From Acidobacteriota bacterium (GTDB lineage: Bacteria > Acidobacteriota > Vicinamibacteria > Vicinamibacterales > Vicinamibacteraceae), in assembly GCA_023429845.1 (NCBI GenBank), contig JAEZCY010000374.1, positions 8,904-72,903 on the forward strand: a stretch of 64,000 nt of DNA, given 5' to 3'. The position numbers and the translations under genes were made by a program. The notes under the pieces are model-generated. The model saw nothing but the letters and a program-made list of their open reading frames with translations. It was not told the DNA's origin and ran no database searches. Within the stretch, counting starts at the first letter, position 1; the number at the start of each line of letters is the position of its first letter. This document shows, one piece after another, positions 20,327 through 32,189 of the stretch.

Positions 20327-20418
20327 CTGCGCTGCGTCGCTCCTGCGCTGCGTCGCTCCTGCGCTGCGCCGCTCCTGCGCTGCGCGCTCCTGCGCTGCGC
20401 GCTCCTGCGCTGCGTCGC
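20327..20418 (+). repeat. Tandem repeat, six units of 14-16 bp
   Basis: CTGCGCTGCG(T/C/-)CGCTC x6, last unit partial. Confidence 0.9.
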
Positions 20419-20427
20419 CTTCAACCC

Positions 20428-22227
20428 CTACCAGGCGACGATTGCGCGTTCGCGACGGACGTCCGCGGCTCCGCGCAGCCTGCCTGTCGCCGGATCCACC
20501 CCGGCCGCGACGATGCCGGTGGGGTAGGCGGCTGGGGGATACAGCCGCAGGATATGGCCGCGGGCCTCGAGCGCACGGCGCACCGTGTCGGGCACGCTTC
20601 GTTCGATCTCGAGCACGCCGGGGTCGATGCGGTGGTCGTCGAACGAACTCTCGATGGACAGCGTGTTGAAGCGTGCGGACTCCACGGCCGCCTGCAGGGG
20701 CATGCCGAAGTCGATGACGTTGATCAGGACCTGCAGGATCTGCTGGTCCTGGCTGTCCCCACCCGGTGTGCCCATCGCGAGGAACGGCGCGCCGTCTCTG
20801 GTCACGATCGTCGGCGTGAGCGTCGTCCGCGGACGCTTGCCGCCGGCGAGCACGTTGGGACTTGCCGGATCGAGCCGGAAGGCCTGCATGCGGTTACTCA
20901 TGGGCACCCCCGTGTCGCCCGCGATGAAGGCGCCGCCGAGCAGCCAGCCGGACGAGGGCGTCGCGGAGAACAGGTTGCCGTCCTTGTCGGCGACCTGGAT
21001 GGACGTCGTATCGCCCGACTCCCCGACCTGTCCCACCTTCGGCGTGTTCAAGGGACGCTCGCCGAGCCGTCCGCCTCCGCTGGGCGCGCCTTCGCCATCG
21101 AACGGCAGCGGGTTGCCCGGCCGTTGTTCGAGACTTGCGCGCGTCATGTCGATGAGTGTTCGTCGTCGCGCCGCGTACGCCTTGGAGAGCAGTCCGCGGA
21201 TGGGCACCGTCACGAAGTCCGGGTCGCCGTAGTACCGGTCCCGGTCGGCATAGGCGAGCTTCATGGCCTCGGTGATCACGTGGATGCTGTCGGCACTGAG
21301 GTGGCCGAGCGCCTTCAGGTCGAAGCCCTCGAGCAGGTTGAGCGTCTGGAGCAGCACCGGGCTCTGGTTCCAGGGCCCCGCCTTGTGCACGGTGAAGCCG
21401 CGATACGTCGTGGTGACGGGGGCTTCCACCCTGCCTCGGTAGCCGGCGATGTCGGCAGCGGTCATCAGGCCGCCGGCTTGTCCAACGGCCGCAGCGAGGC
21501 GCGCGGCGAAGTCGCCGGTGTAGAACGCGTCCCTGGCGCGGGCGATGGCCTGCTCGCGCGGTGCGCCGGACTGCAGTGCGACCGCCTCGGCGTCGGCGAG
21601 CATGCGCAGGGTGCGCGCGAGATTCGGTTGACGGAACGTCTCGCCCGCGCGCGTGACGCGCCCCTCGGGATAGTACGTGCGCATCGTGTCGGCATACCGC
21701 TCGCTGGCTGCCCGTTCGCTCGTCAGGTAGCGGCTGAGCATCTCGTACATCCGGAAGCCGTCGGCAAGCCGGATGGCGGGACCGAGTACGTCACCGAGCG
21801 ACAACGTGCCGTGCCTGGCGAGCGCAAGCGCTGTGGCATCGACGACGGCTGGCACCGTGGCCCCGAGCGGACCGTTGCCGGGGATGCTGTCGCGCCCGGC
21901 AAAGGCGGCCGGCGTCGCGGCCTGCGGGGCAGTCCCTTGCCCGTTGATCACGACGACCTCGCGGGATCTCGCAAGGTAGATCAGCATCGGCGCTTCGCCG
22001 CCAAGGCCGAAGTGCGAGATCTCGACGACAGCGGCGGCGAACACCGCGGCGACGCCCGCATCGACCGCATTGCCGCCGCGTGCGAGCATCTCGGCGCCCG
22101 CCTCGACGGTGTACGTTCGGCCTGCGGCCACCACGCCGTGCGTGCCCGAGAACTCCGGCCGCAGCGTCTGCGCCGTCGCAAGGCCTGCCGCCATCACGAA
22201 CGGCAACGCAATCCAGGGTCGGGTCAT
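20428..22227 (-). CDS. ggt: Gamma-glutamyltransferase family protein
   Basis: GGNAVDAGVA, MKLAYADRDRYYGDP, nucleophile GDTTSIQVAD, GKRPRTTLTP and GTPGGDSQ. Signal peptide from ATG 22227. Confidence 0.92.
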   Translation of the reverse strand: MTRPWIALPFVMAAGLATAQTLRPEFSGTHGVVAAGRTYTVEAGAEMLARGGNAVDAGVAAVFAAAVVEISHFGLGGEAPMLIYLARSREVVVINGQGTAPQAATPAAFAGRDSIPGNGPLGATVPAVVDATALALARHGTLSLGDVLGPAIRLADGFRMYEMLSRYLTSERAASERYADTMRTYYPEGRVTRAGETFRQPNLARTLRMLADAEAVALQSGAPREQAIARARDAFYTGDFAARLAAAVGQAGGLMTAADIAGYRGRVEAPVTTTYRGFTVHKAGPWNQSPVLLQTLNLLEGFDLKALGHLSADSIHVITEAMKLAYADRDRYYGDPDFVTVPIRGLLSKAYAARRRTLIDMTRASLEQRPGNPLPFDGEGAPSGGGRLGERPLNTPKVGQVGESGDTTSIQVADKDGNLFSATPSSGWLLGGAFIAGDTGVPMSNRMQAFRLDPASPNVLAGGKRPRTTLTPTIVTRDGAPFLAMGTPGGDSQDQQILQVLINVIDFGMPLQAAVESARFNTLSIESSFDDHRIDPGVLEIERSVPDTVRRALEARGHILRLYPPAAYPTGIVAAGVDPATGRLRGAADVRRERAIVAW

Positions 22228-22329
22228 CTGCCGTTTCCTCGGCGCCAGCCGGCCGCTGCCTGCCATCGCTGGTGCTGTTTCGATGACGACGATACCGCGA
22301 TCCTCGCCCTGCACTACGATCAGCCAGCC

Positions 22330-23174
22330 ATGCTCGTCCTCTCGAACATCGTCAAGCGGTACGGCACGAGGGTCGCCGTGGACGACCTCTCCCTCGAGGC
22401 CGGCGCCGGCGAGATCCTCGGACTGCTCGGGCCCAACGGCGCCGGGAAGAGCACGACGATGCACGTGGCGGTGGGGTTGCTGCGCCCCGACGCGGGTACG
22501 GTGGTCATCGGGTCGCATGGCTCGCCGACGCTGCCGGCGGTGCGGCGCCTGCTCGGGCTCGCTCCGCAGAACCTGGCGATCTACGACCTGTTGACCGCCG
22601 AGGAGAATCTCGCGTTCTTCGCGCAGTTGTATGGCCTCTCGGGTGAGCGATTGCGCTCCCGCGTTGAGGCCGCGCTGACGTTCGCTGGCCTGCAGGAACG
22701 TCGTCGCGATCGTGTGGGCTCGTACTCGGGCGGCATGAAGCGGCGGCTCAACATCGCGGCGGCGATCCTCCACGAGCCCGACCTCGTGCTGCTCGACGAG
22801 CCCACCGTGGGGTGGACCCGCAGTCACGCAACGCGATCTTCGACAGCATCGCGACGCTGAAGTCGCAGGGGCGCACGCTCGTGTACAGCACGCACTACAT
22901 GGAGGAAGCCGTGCGCCTGTGCGATCGCGTCGCCATCATCGACGCGGGGCGGGTGCTGGCGATGGACACGGTTGCAGGGCTCATCAAGAGCCACGGCGGG
23001 CCGCCGCGGCTCCACGTGCAGGCAGGGGGCCGCGAGATCGTGTCGGACACCAGCGAACCCCTGGCCGAGTTGAACCGCATCGCGTCGGTCACGCCCATCG
23101 ACTCGTTCCGCGTGGACGCACCGACGCTCGAGCAGGTGTTCCTTACGCTTACCGGACGCACACTGCGCGACTGA
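22330..23174 (+). pseudogene. ABC-2 type ATP-binding protein split by a 1-nt frameshift (true lesion or sequencing error)
   Basis: Frame 1 carries GPNGAGKST, YSGGMKRR and LLDEPTVG. Frame 2 continues VDPQSRNAIF...YSTHYMEEA. The G run at 22809-22812 has 4 G where GTG GGG GTG needs 5. Confidence 0.85.
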
Positions 23175-23182
23175 GGCTGCCC

Positions 23183-24457
23183 ATGTCACCGATGCTCGCC
23201 ATTGCGCTCAAGGACCTGCGTACCTTCACCCGGCAGCGCGCGTCCCTCTTCTTCACCTTCGTGTGGCCGCTCATCGTCGCCGTGTTGTTTGGCGTGCTGT
23301 TCGGCGGCGGCAGCAGCGGGTCGCCGCGCATCGGCATCGCCGTGGTGGATGAAGACGGAACTCCGGCCTCGACGGCGTTCGCCGAGCAGCTGCTCACGCG
23401 CGACACCTTCGACGGCATTCGGGCGACCCGTGCGGATGCGATCGACGCGGTGAGACGCGGCACGCGGACTGCAGCCGTGCTCCTGCGCCCAGGATTCGGC
23501 GAGGCGTCGCAGCGGCTGTTCTACGGCACGCCCCCGCAGGTCGAAGTGCACATCGACCCGAGCCGTCGGGCTGAACGCGACATGCTCGAAGGGTTGCTGA
23601 TGCAGCAAGGGGCCGAGCGGCTGCAGGCGCTGTTCGACAATCCCGGCGACAGCCGCAAGCACGTGCAGTCCGCGCTCGATGAGTTGCGCTCGGCTGGCGG
23701 TTCGGCCCAGCAGCCGGCCCTCGAGACGTTTCTGGGCCAGCTCGACGCGTTTCTCGGGTCGGAGGCGGCGCAGCAGGCGGCGTCCAAGGCGTCGGGCGAG
23801 GGTGGGGGCTTCGAGCCATTGCACATCACGATGCAGGACGTGCAGCCCCGGCCGACGGGCGGTCCGCGCAACGGTTACGACGTCACGTTCCCCATGGCGA
23901 TGCTGTGGGCCGTCTTCGGCTGCGTGATGGCGTTCGGCACGACGTTCGTATCCGAACGCGTGCGTGGCACGCTCGTGCGTCTCCAGGTGGCGCCGATGTC
24001 GAAAGCCCAGGTGCTCGCCGGAAAATCGCTGGCGGCCTTCTTCGCCATCCTCATCGTCGAGACGATGCTGTTGTTGCTGGGCGTGGGGGCGTTCGGCGTC
24101 AGGCCCTCCTCCTGGCTCGGGCTGGGTTTCGCGATCGTCTGCACCTCGGCGGCCTTTGTGGGCATCATCCTGCTGCTCGCGTCGATGGCGCACAGCGAGC
24201 ACGGTATCGGTGGAACGGGGCCGGCCGTCATGATGCCGCTGTTCCTGCTCGGCGGCGCGATGATCCCGCTGATGGTGATGCCGCCGTGGCTCGCGGGTCT
24301 CAGCTACCTGAGCCCGGTGCGCTGGGCAATCCTCGCGCTCGAGGGCGCGATCTGGCGCGACTTCAGCGCGGCAGAGATGGCCGTACCCTGCGCGGTGCTG
24401 CTCCTGGTGGCAGCCACGACGTTCGTCGTCGGCGCCCGTCGTCAGGAAGCGGAGTGA
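23183..24457 (+). CDS. ABC-2 transporter permease
   Basis: MSPMLAIALKDLR start, periplasmic loop, VSERVRGTLVRLQVAP, LSPVRWAI; about six TM helices. Confidence 0.9.
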   Translation: MSPMLAIALKDLRTFTRQRASLFFTFVWPLIVAVLFGVLFGGGSSGSPRIGIAVVDEDGTPASTAFAEQLLTRDTFDGIRATRADAIDAVRRGTRTAAVLLRPGFGEASQRLFYGTPPQVEVHIDPSRRAERDMLEGLLMQQGAERLQALFDNPGDSRKHVQSALDELRSAGGSAQQPALETFLGQLDAFLGSEAAQQAASKASGEGGGFEPLHITMQDVQPRPTGGPRNGYDVTFPMAMLWAVFGCVMAFGTTFVSERVRGTLVRLQVAPMSKAQVLAGKSLAAFFAILIVETMLLLLGVGAFGVRPSSWLGLGFAIVCTSAAFVGIILLLASMAHSEHGIGGTGPAVMMPLFLLGGAMIPLMVMPPWLAGLSYLSPVRWAILALEGAIWRDFSAAEMAVPCAVLLLVAATTFVVGARRQEAE

Positions 24458-24600
24458 GTGGAGAACCGATCGTCTGCGCGGCCGCAGGGTCCGACCGAGA
24501 CGGCGCCGCCCGGCAAGCGGTGCACCAGAGCACGGCCGATCCAGCTGACAGCCGAGCGCGATCGTGAAATGCTGGACGGGCAAGGCCCCGAGTTGCGCCC

Positions 24601-24628
24601 CTGCAGTTCTGCAATTCTGAAATTCCTG
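24601..24628. repeat. Short octamer array (family C-like half element)
   Basis: CAGTTCTG CAATTCTG AAATTCCT just upstream of the sulfurtransferase SD. Confidence 0.4.
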
Positions 24629-24641
24629 GAGGCTGCTCCCC

Positions 24642-25517
<876 letters not shown>

Positions 25518-25531
25518 CCGCCGCCGGTGCG

Positions 25532-25590
25532 GCAGGTACGTAGGCCGCCGGGCCTCCGCAGGTACGTAGCCGCCGAGCCTTGCCCGGCGG
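25532..25590 (+). repeat. Tandem pair of GTAG REP-like units (family B)
   Basis: GCAGGTACGTAGGCCGCCGGGCCT followed by GCAGGTACGTAGCCGCCGAGCCTTGCCCGGCGG. Confidence 0.65.
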
Positions 25591-25680
25591 TCGGGCGTCC
25601 GCGGGCCCGGCGGGGTGGCCGGGGCGGGGTGCCCTACCCGGTTCAGACATCGACCGACGAAGGCCGACACCGACGCAGAC

Positions 25681-26127
25681 ATGACTACGCAAGAGAAGCT
25701 GGACGAACTTCAGGAAACGCTCGACATGTTCAGCGACCCGAGCAGCCGCGCGGAGCTGCTGATCGGGCTCGCCGACAAGTTCGTCGAGGTGCCACCGGAC
25801 GTCGCGACGAGACCCTTTCCGAAGAGCCACCAGGTGCCGCAGTGCGAGTCGGAAGTCTACGTGTGGTCACGCCTGAACGCGGACCGCACGGTGAAGCTCG
25901 ATTTCGCCGTCGAGAATCCGAGCGGCATCTCCGCCAGGGCGCTTGCCGTGATCCTGGATTCGATCTACTCCGGTCAGCCGGCCGAGGACGTGCTCGCGCT
26001 CGACTCCGGGATCGTGGAACGTGTCTTCCGCCAGAACATCTCGATGGGCAAGGGCCTCGGCCTCAAGTCGATGGTGATGGCGGCACAGGCGCTCACGCGC
26101 GACGCGCTGAAGAAGGACGGCGCCTGA
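25681..26127 (+). CDS. sufE: SufE family sulfur-acceptor protein
   Basis: VPQCESEVYVW conserved Cys; ISARALAVIL; ISMGKGLGL. Confidence 0.82.
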   Translation: MTTQEKLDELQETLDMFSDPSSRAELLIGLADKFVEVPPDVATRPFPKSHQVPQCESEVYVWSRLNADRTVKLDFAVENPSGISARALAVILDSIYSGQPAEDVLALDSGIVERVFRQNISMGKGLGLKSMVMAAQALTRDALKKDGA

Positions 26128-26230
26128 CGCGCACGCAACGCCATGTGTCATATCGGTCCTTCCGCGGTACGGCTGGTGCTACGCTCACGGCACTCGAGCC
26201 GGCTGCGTCCCGCAGCCGCGAAAGGACTCC

Positions 26231-27667
26231 ATGCGATCAGTATCCCTGCGTGTGCTTGCTGCCGCGCTGGGCCTGGCCGTTGCCGTGGCCGCGCCCCCGC
26301 GCACGGCCGCCCAGACGCCGGCCACGCCACCCGCCGCCACGCCAGACCCTACGCCTCCGGGCAAGGGCGGGCGCTCCGTCGCGAATGACGACCCGTATCC
26401 CAGCACTTACCAGACGCCGCCGTCTGCGCCGTTCGCGATCCGCAATGCGACGATTCTGACGGCCGCCGGGCCGGTCATCCAGAAGGGGACGGTGCTGGTG
26501 CGCGACGGCCGGATCGTCGCGGTCGGCGCCTCGGTGGACGTGCCGGCCGGCGTAACGGTGATCGACGCCGCCGGCAAGTACGTCACGCCCGGCATCATCG
26601 ACGACCATTCGCACCTCGGCGTGTACGCCGCACCAGGCGTGCAGGCCCACTCGGACGGCAACGAGATGGTCAGGCCCAACACGGCCGACGTCTGGGCCGA
26701 GCACGGGGTGTGGCCGCAGGACCCGCAGTTCCCGCTCAACCTGGCTGGCGGCGTCACGACGCTCCAGGTGCTGCCAGGGTCGGCCAACCTGTTCGGCGGC
26801 CGCAGTGTGGTGCTGAAGGTGGTGCCGGCGCGCACCGTCCAGGAGATGAAGTTCCCGGGTGCGCGGTACGGCCTGAAGATGGCGTGCGGCGAGAACCCGA
26901 AGCGCGTATACGCGACGCGCGGTCCGTCCACCCGCATGGGCAACGTCGCCGGCTATCGTGCCGCGTGGATTCAGGCCGAGGCGTATCGCCGCAAGTGGGA
27001 CAAGTGGAGCGCGGACAAGAAGGGTGAGCCGCCGACGCGTGACCTCGCGCTCGAGACCCTCGCGGAGGTGCTCCGCGGCAACATCTACGTACACAACCAC
27101 TGCTACCGCGCCGACGAGATGGCGCAGATCCTCGACCTCGCCAACGAGTTCGGCTATCAGGTGCGCTCGTTCCACCACGCGGTGGAGGGCTACAAGATCG
27201 CCGACCTGCTCGCCAAGCGCGACGTTGCCGCGTCGGTATGGGCCGACTGGGGCGGGTTCAAGCTCGAGGCGCTCGACGGCATCAAGGCCAACCCCGCCAT
27301 CATCCATGCGGCGGGCGGTCGCACGATCATCCACTCCGACAGCCCGTCGGACTCGCAGCGGTTGACGCAGGAGGCCGCCAAGGCGGTTGCGGCAGGCCGC
27401 CGGATCGGCATCACGGTGACACCCGCGGACGCGATCAAATGGGTGACACTCAATCCGGCCTGGGCACTGGGCCTCGACGACCGGATCGGCTCCCTCGAAC
27501 CCGGCAAGAACGCCGACATCGTCCTCTGGTCGGGCGACCCCTTCAGCGTGTATTCGCGAGCCGAGCGCGTCTGGATCGACGGCGCGCTGCGCTACGACCG
27601 TGCCGACGCGACCAACCGCTGGCGCACGGATTTCGAACTCGGCTTCATCCCCCTGGAGACCCGCTGA
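26231..27667 (+). CDS. Secreted amidohydrolase (metal-dependent TIM barrel)
   Basis: Signal peptide; PGIIDDHSH, LKMACGENPKR, HCYRADE, FHHAVE, HSD and GSLEPGKNADIV. Confidence 0.92.
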   Translation: MRSVSLRVLAAALGLAVAVAAPPRTAAQTPATPPAATPDPTPPGKGGRSVANDDPYPSTYQTPPSAPFAIRNATILTAAGPVIQKGTVLVRDGRIVAVGASVDVPAGVTVIDAAGKYVTPGIIDDHSHLGVYAAPGVQAHSDGNEMVRPNTADVWAEHGVWPQDPQFPLNLAGGVTTLQVLPGSANLFGGRSVVLKVVPARTVQEMKFPGARYGLKMACGENPKRVYATRGPSTRMGNVAGYRAAWIQAEAYRRKWDKWSADKKGEPPTRDLALETLAEVLRGNIYVHNHCYRADEMAQILDLANEFGYQVRSFHHAVEGYKIADLLAKRDVAASVWADWGGFKLEALDGIKANPAIIHAAGGRTIIHSDSPSDSQRLTQEAAKAVAAGRRIGITVTPADAIKWVTLNPAWALGLDDRIGSLEPGKNADIVLWSGDPFSVYSRAERVWIDGALRYDRADATNRWRTDFELGFIPLETR

Positions 27668-27668
27668 C

Positions 27669-28931
27669 ATGCGCCGCATCACCTGCATCCTGTCCGGCCT
27701 CCTCTGCGTGAGCACCGGCATCGCCGTCGCGCAACCGGTCGCCATCGTCGGCGCCCGCGTCCACACCGTGTCTGGCGGCGTTCTCGAGAACGCGACCGTC
27801 GTCATCGACGATGGGCGGATCGCCGCGGTAGGGGTCGGCGTGAAGGCGCCGGCGGGCGCGCGCCTCATCCAGGGACGAGGCAAGTGGGTCACACCCGGCC
27901 TCATCAACAGCGTGACCGCTCTCGGGGTGTCCGAGATCGGGTCGGTCGGCGAGACGAACGACGCCTCGGCTCGCGGCGACCGCGGCGTCGCGGCTGCGTT
28001 CAAGGTATGGGAGGGGTTGAACCCGGACTCGGTTCTCTGGGCGCCCACGCGGAACGAGGGCGTCACGTCGGTCGTCGAGGTGCCGTCCGGCGGCGTCGTG
28101 TCGGGCCAGGCGGCGCTCGTGGACACGGCTGGACCGACCGCAGAGGAGTTCCTGCGCAAGGCGCCCGTGGCCTATGTGCTGAACTACGGTGCCGCGAGCG
28201 GCAACGACGGCCCGTCGTCGCGCGGCGAAGCGCTGCAGGCGATCAGGGCGCTGCTCAGCGACGCCAAGGCCTACCCGAGCCGCAAGGACGCATACGAACG
28301 CGGCGAAAGCCGCCCGTTTGCCGCCGGCCACGCGCAGCTCGAGGCACTGCAACCCGTCGTCGACGGCCAGGCGCTCGTGCTCGTCAACGTGGACCGCGCG
28401 AGTGACGTGCTCGCGGTGCTCGGGCTCGCGAAGGAGTTCGGGCTGCGCCTGGCGATCGTGGGAGGGGCCGAAGCGTGGAAGGTGGCGCCGCAGCTCGCGG
28501 CTGCGAAAGTGCCGGTACTGACCGGTGCACTCGACAACCTGCCGTCGGATTTCGCGACGCTGGGCGCCCGGCAGGAGAACGCGGCGCTGCTGCGCAAGGC
28601 TGGCGTCCCGGTCGTGCTGACGGCGGGCACGCGGGAGACGTTCAACGTGCGCAAGATTCGGCAGCACGCCGGCAATGCCGTGGCGTACGGCCTGCCGTGG
28701 GACGAGGCGCTGCGCGCCGTGACGCTCGCGCCCGCGGAGTTGTTCGGCGTGGCCGATGCCATCGGCTCGATTGCCGAGGGCAGGGTCGCCAACCTCGTGG
28801 TGTGGAGCGGGGACCCGTTCGAGTTCAGCAGCGATGCCGAGCACGTGTTCGTGCGCGGCCGGGAGGTGCAGGGGTCGTCGAGGCAGGACGAACTCGCCGA
28901 GCGCTACAAGACCGGCACGCGGGGCAAATGA
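27669..28931 (+). CDS. Secreted amidohydrolase-like paralogue lacking the metal-binding His motif
   Basis: Same fold cues (VTPGLI, GSIAEGRVANLVVW), but INSVTALG stands where HxH is expected. Confidence 0.85.
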   Translation: MRRITCILSGLLCVSTGIAVAQPVAIVGARVHTVSGGVLENATVVIDDGRIAAVGVGVKAPAGARLIQGRGKWVTPGLINSVTALGVSEIGSVGETNDASARGDRGVAAAFKVWEGLNPDSVLWAPTRNEGVTSVVEVPSGGVVSGQAALVDTAGPTAEEFLRKAPVAYVLNYGAASGNDGPSSRGEALQAIRALLSDAKAYPSRKDAYERGESRPFAAGHAQLEALQPVVDGQALVLVNVDRASDVLAVLGLAKEFGLRLAIVGGAEAWKVAPQLAAAKVPVLTGALDNLPSDFATLGARQENAALLRKAGVPVVLTAGTRETFNVRKIRQHAGNAVAYGLPWDEALRAVTLAPAELFGVADAIGSIAEGRVANLVVWSGDPFEFSSDAEHVFVRGREVQGSSRQDELAERYKTGTRGK

Positions 28932-28983
28932 TTCGCTGAAGGGAGGCTCGCTCTCCGAGCGGGCCTGCCCCGCCGTCCGGTGG

Positions 28984-31155
28984 CTAGTTGCTGGCGCGCG
29001 CCTTTGCGTCCACGCCGAGGTTCGCGACGAGGAATGCCCAGCGGTCCGCGGCTTCCTCGATCAACTTGCCGGTGGGTTTGCCGGCGCCGTGGCCCGCCTT
29101 CGTTTCGATGCGGATGAGGACCGGCTGCGGACCCTTGTGCGCGGCCTGAAGCGCCGCGGCGAACTTGAAGCTGTGGGCCGGCACCACGCGGTCGTCGTGG
29201 TCTGCCGTCGTCACCATGGTCGCGGGGTAGGCGGTGCCGGGCTTCAGGTTATGCAGCGGCGAGTACTTGTAGAGAACGTCGAAGCCGTCCTTGGTCTCCG
29301 CACTCCCGTAGTCGGACTTCCACGCCCAGCCGATGGTGAACTCGTGGAAGCGCAGCATGTCCATCACGCCGACGGCAGGCAGCGCCGCGCCGAACAACTC
29401 CGGTCGCTGCGTCATCACCGCCCCCACCAGCAGTCCGCCGTTGCTGCCGCCGCCGATCGCGAGCTTCGGAGTCGAGGTGTACTTCTCGCCGATGAGGTAC
29501 TCGGCCGCGGCGATGAAGTCATCGAACACGTTCTGCTTGTTCGACAGGCGGCCCGCGTCGTGCCAGGCCTTGCCGTACTCGCCACCGCCGCGCAGGTTGG
29601 CGACCGCGTAGATGCCGCCCATCTCCATCCAGGCGAGGTTGGCCGGCGAGAAGGCCGGGGTCAGCGAGATGTCGAAGCCGCCATACCCGTACAGGTACGT
29701 CGGGTTGCTCCCGTCCCTCCGCACGCCCTTCCTGTGCGTGATGAACATCGGAATGCGCGTGCCGTCCTTCGACGGGTAGAACACCTGCGACGTCTCGTAC
29801 TGCGCCGGGTCGAAGGCCACCTTCGGCTGCTTGAACACCTGACTGGCGTGGGTCGTCATGTCCAGCCGGTAGATGGCGGCCGGATGCGCGAACGACGAGA
29901 ACGCGTAGAAGCCTTCGGCCTGCTCCCGGCGTCCGGTGAACTGCACGGCGCCGATGGCCGGCAGTTCCACGTCGTGCTTCCGGGTGCCGTCGAGGCCGTA
30001 GACGCGCAGCTTGTTCTGCGCATCGACCTGCCAGGTCGCGACGAACTGGTCCCCTGCCATCGTCACATCGCCCAGCACGTCCTGCTTCGGGCCCTCGGCG
30101 ATCAGCGTCTTCCACGCCGAGGGCGACTCCTGGCCCTGCGTGATCCCGACGAGGCGCTTGCGCGGCGCGCCGTTGTCGGTGAGCACATAGAACGTGCTGC
30201 CGTCATTGCCGACGATGGAGTACGACGCGTCGAACTCGTCGAGGAACGGCTCGACCTTCGCATCGGGTTTCGTGAGGTCCTTCACGAACACGCGGTTGCG
30301 CGGGTCGGTGCCCTCGCTCTGGTAGATCAGCAGGTACCTCCCGTCGTCGGTGACGTCCGCCACGAGGCCCCAGTCTGGCTTGTCAGGACGCGCGTACGTC
30401 AGCGTGTCGGCATCCTGGGGCGTGCCGATCCTGTGGAAGTACACCTTCTGGTTCTTGTTGACGCCGGTGAGGGCGTCGCCGTCCTTCGGCGCGTCGTAGC
30501 GGCTGTAGAAGAACCCGGTTCCGTCCTTCAGCCAGGCGGCCGTGGAGAACTTCGACCACCGGATCTCGTCGGACGTGTCGCGGCCGGTCGCCACCTCGCG
30601 CACCTTCCAGCGGATCCAGTCCGAGCCGCTCTCCGACAGCGAGTACGCCATGTAGCGTCCATCCTCCGAGAACGTCGTCGTGCCCACCGCGACCGTGCCG
30701 TCCGGCGAGAGCGAGTTGGGGTCGAGCAGCACCTCTGGCGTCGCGTCGAGGCTTCGCGCGCGGTAGAACACGGCCTGGTTCTGCAGGCCGTCGTTTCGCG
30801 TGAAGACGTAGAACTCGCCGCGCTTGCGCGGCAGGCCATAGCGCTCGTAGTTCCACAGGGTCGTCAGGCGTTTCCGGATGCCGTCGCGCGCCGGGATTCT
30901 CTCGAGGTATGCGAAGGTGACCGCGTTCTGCGCCTCGACCCAGGCCTTCGTGTCGGCGGCGTTGTCGTCCTCGAGCCAGCGGTACGGGTCGGCGACCTTC
31001 GTGCCGAAGTAGTCGTCGGCCTGGTCCACCGTCCTGGTTTGCGGATACGACGTCGGAGCGGGCGGCGCGGCTGGGGCGGCGGGCTGGGCAACCGCGCTGG
31101 TCGCGGCAGCCACGATGATCGGTGCGGTCATGGCAAGGGCAAGCAGGTGGCGCAT
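28984..31155 (-). CDS. Prolyl oligopeptidase (S9A), secreted
   Basis: [22 protein letters not shown] catalytic Ser, DHDDRV and KAGHGAG. Confidence 0.96.
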   Translation of the reverse strand: MRHLLALAMTAPIIVAAATSAVAQPAAPAAPPAPTSYPQTRTVDQADDYFGTKVADPYRWLEDDNAADTKAWVEAQNAVTFAYLERIPARDGIRKRLTTLWNYERYGLPRKRGEFYVFTRNDGLQNQAVFYRARSLDATPEVLLDPNSLSPDGTVAVGTTTFSEDGRYMAYSLSESGSDWIRWKVREVATGRDTSDEIRWSKFSTAAWLKDGTGFFYSRYDAPKDGDALTGVNKNQKVYFHRIGTPQDADTLTYARPDKPDWGLVADVTDDGRYLLIYQSEGTDPRNRVFVKDLTKPDAKVEPFLDEFDASYSIVGNDGSTFYVLTDNGAPRKRLVGITQGQESPSAWKTLIAEGPKQDVLGDVTMAGDQFVATWQVDAQNKLRVYGLDGTRKHDVELPAIGAVQFTGRREQAEGFYAFSSFAHPAAIYRLDMTTHASQVFKQPKVAFDPAQYETSQVFYPSKDGTRIPMFITHRKGVRRDGSNPTYLYGYGGFDISLTPAFSPANLAWMEMGGIYAVANLRGGGEYGKAWHDAGRLSNKQNVFDDFIAAAEYLIGEKYTSTPKLAIGGGSNGGLLVGAVMTQRPELFGAALPAVGVMDMLRFHEFTIGWAWKSDYGSAETKDGFDVLYKYSPLHNLKPGTAYPATMVTTADHDDRVVPAHSFKFAAALQAAHKGPQPVLIRIETKAGHGAGKPTGKLIEEAADRWAFLVANLGVDAKARASN

Positions 31156-31298
31156 GGGGCTACTCCAGCACTTCTTGATAACACATCGGCGATCCCGGGC
31201 TCGTCCGAGTCCGCACCCGTTGCGGCCCATCTGCCGACCCATGTAGGCTGCAGGCCGCGGGTACGCCCCGTGTCCGCCCCCTCCCGAGGAGTGCAGCC

Positions 31299-32189
31299 GT
31301 GTCGTTCAGAACAATCCTGCTCCCCGCGCTGGCCACGATCGTGGCTGGCGCATCAGCCGTTTCGGCGCAGACCGCGCCGTCCGAAAAGCTCAGCATCATC
31401 ATGTTCGGGGCACACCCCGACGACTGCGACATCCGCTCGGCGGGCACCGCAGCGAAGTGGGTCGCCCTCGGCCACAAGGTGCGCTTCGTGTCCGTGACCA
31501 ACGGCGATGCCGGGCATCACGAGATGGGCGGAGGCATCCTCGCGGCTCGCCGGCGCGCCGAGGCTCAGGAGGTCGGCCGTCGTCTCGGCCTCGAGTACGT
31601 CGTGCTCGACAACCACGACGGCGAACTCGTGCCGTCGCTGCCGATACGCGAGCAGATCATCGCGCAGATCCGCGAGGTGAACGCCGACCTGGTGCTCGGT
31701 CCCCGCCCCAACGACTACCACCCCGACCACCGTTACACGGGTGTGCTCCTCCAGGACGCCGCCTTCATGGTGTCGGTGCCCAACATCCTCACGCACGTGC
31801 CGGCGACGAAGAAGAACCCGGTGTTCCTCTACTACCAGGACAACTTCCAGAAGCCCAATCCGTTCTCGCCGGACATCGTGGTGGACATCACCGACACGTT
31901 CGACAAGAAGATCGACGCGCTCGATGCACACGTCTCGCAGTTCTACGAGTGGCTGCCGTGGCACGCGGGTCGGCTCGATCAGGTGCCCAAGGACGTCAAG
32001 GCGCGGCGCGAGTGGCTGAAGAAGGATCGCGGCAACGGCCCCAATCCCGCCGTGCGCGCAGCCCTCGAGAAGTGGTACGGCAAGGAGGCCGCCGCGAAGG
32101 TCCAGCAGGCCGAGGCCTTCGAGATCTGCGAGTACGGCGCGCGCCCGTCGCAGGCCGACATCAAGCGCCTGTTCCCCTTCCTGCCCTGA
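31299..32189 (+). CDS. PIG-L/LmbE family deacetylase, secreted
   Basis: GAHPDDC, TNGDAG, RRAEA, DYHPDH and HVSQF. GAGGAG SD. Confidence 0.92.
   Translation: MSFRTILLPALATIVAGASAVSAQTAPSEKLSIIMFGAHPDDCDIRSAGTAAKWVALGHKVRFVSVTNGDAGHHEMGGGILAARRRAEAQEVGRRLGLEYVVLDNHDGELVPSLPIREQIIAQIREVNADLVLGPRPNDYHPDHRYTGVLLQDAAFMVSVPNILTHVPATKKNPVFLYYQDNFQKPNPFSPDIVVDITDTFDKKIDALDAHVSQFYEWLPWHAGRLDQVPKDVKARREWLKKDRGNGPNPAVRAALEKWYGKEAAAKVQQAEAFEICEYGARPSQADIKRLFPFLP

Noticed and set aside
20327..20418. CRISPR array
   Set aside because: Units are contiguous with no unique spacers, and no cas genes are present.
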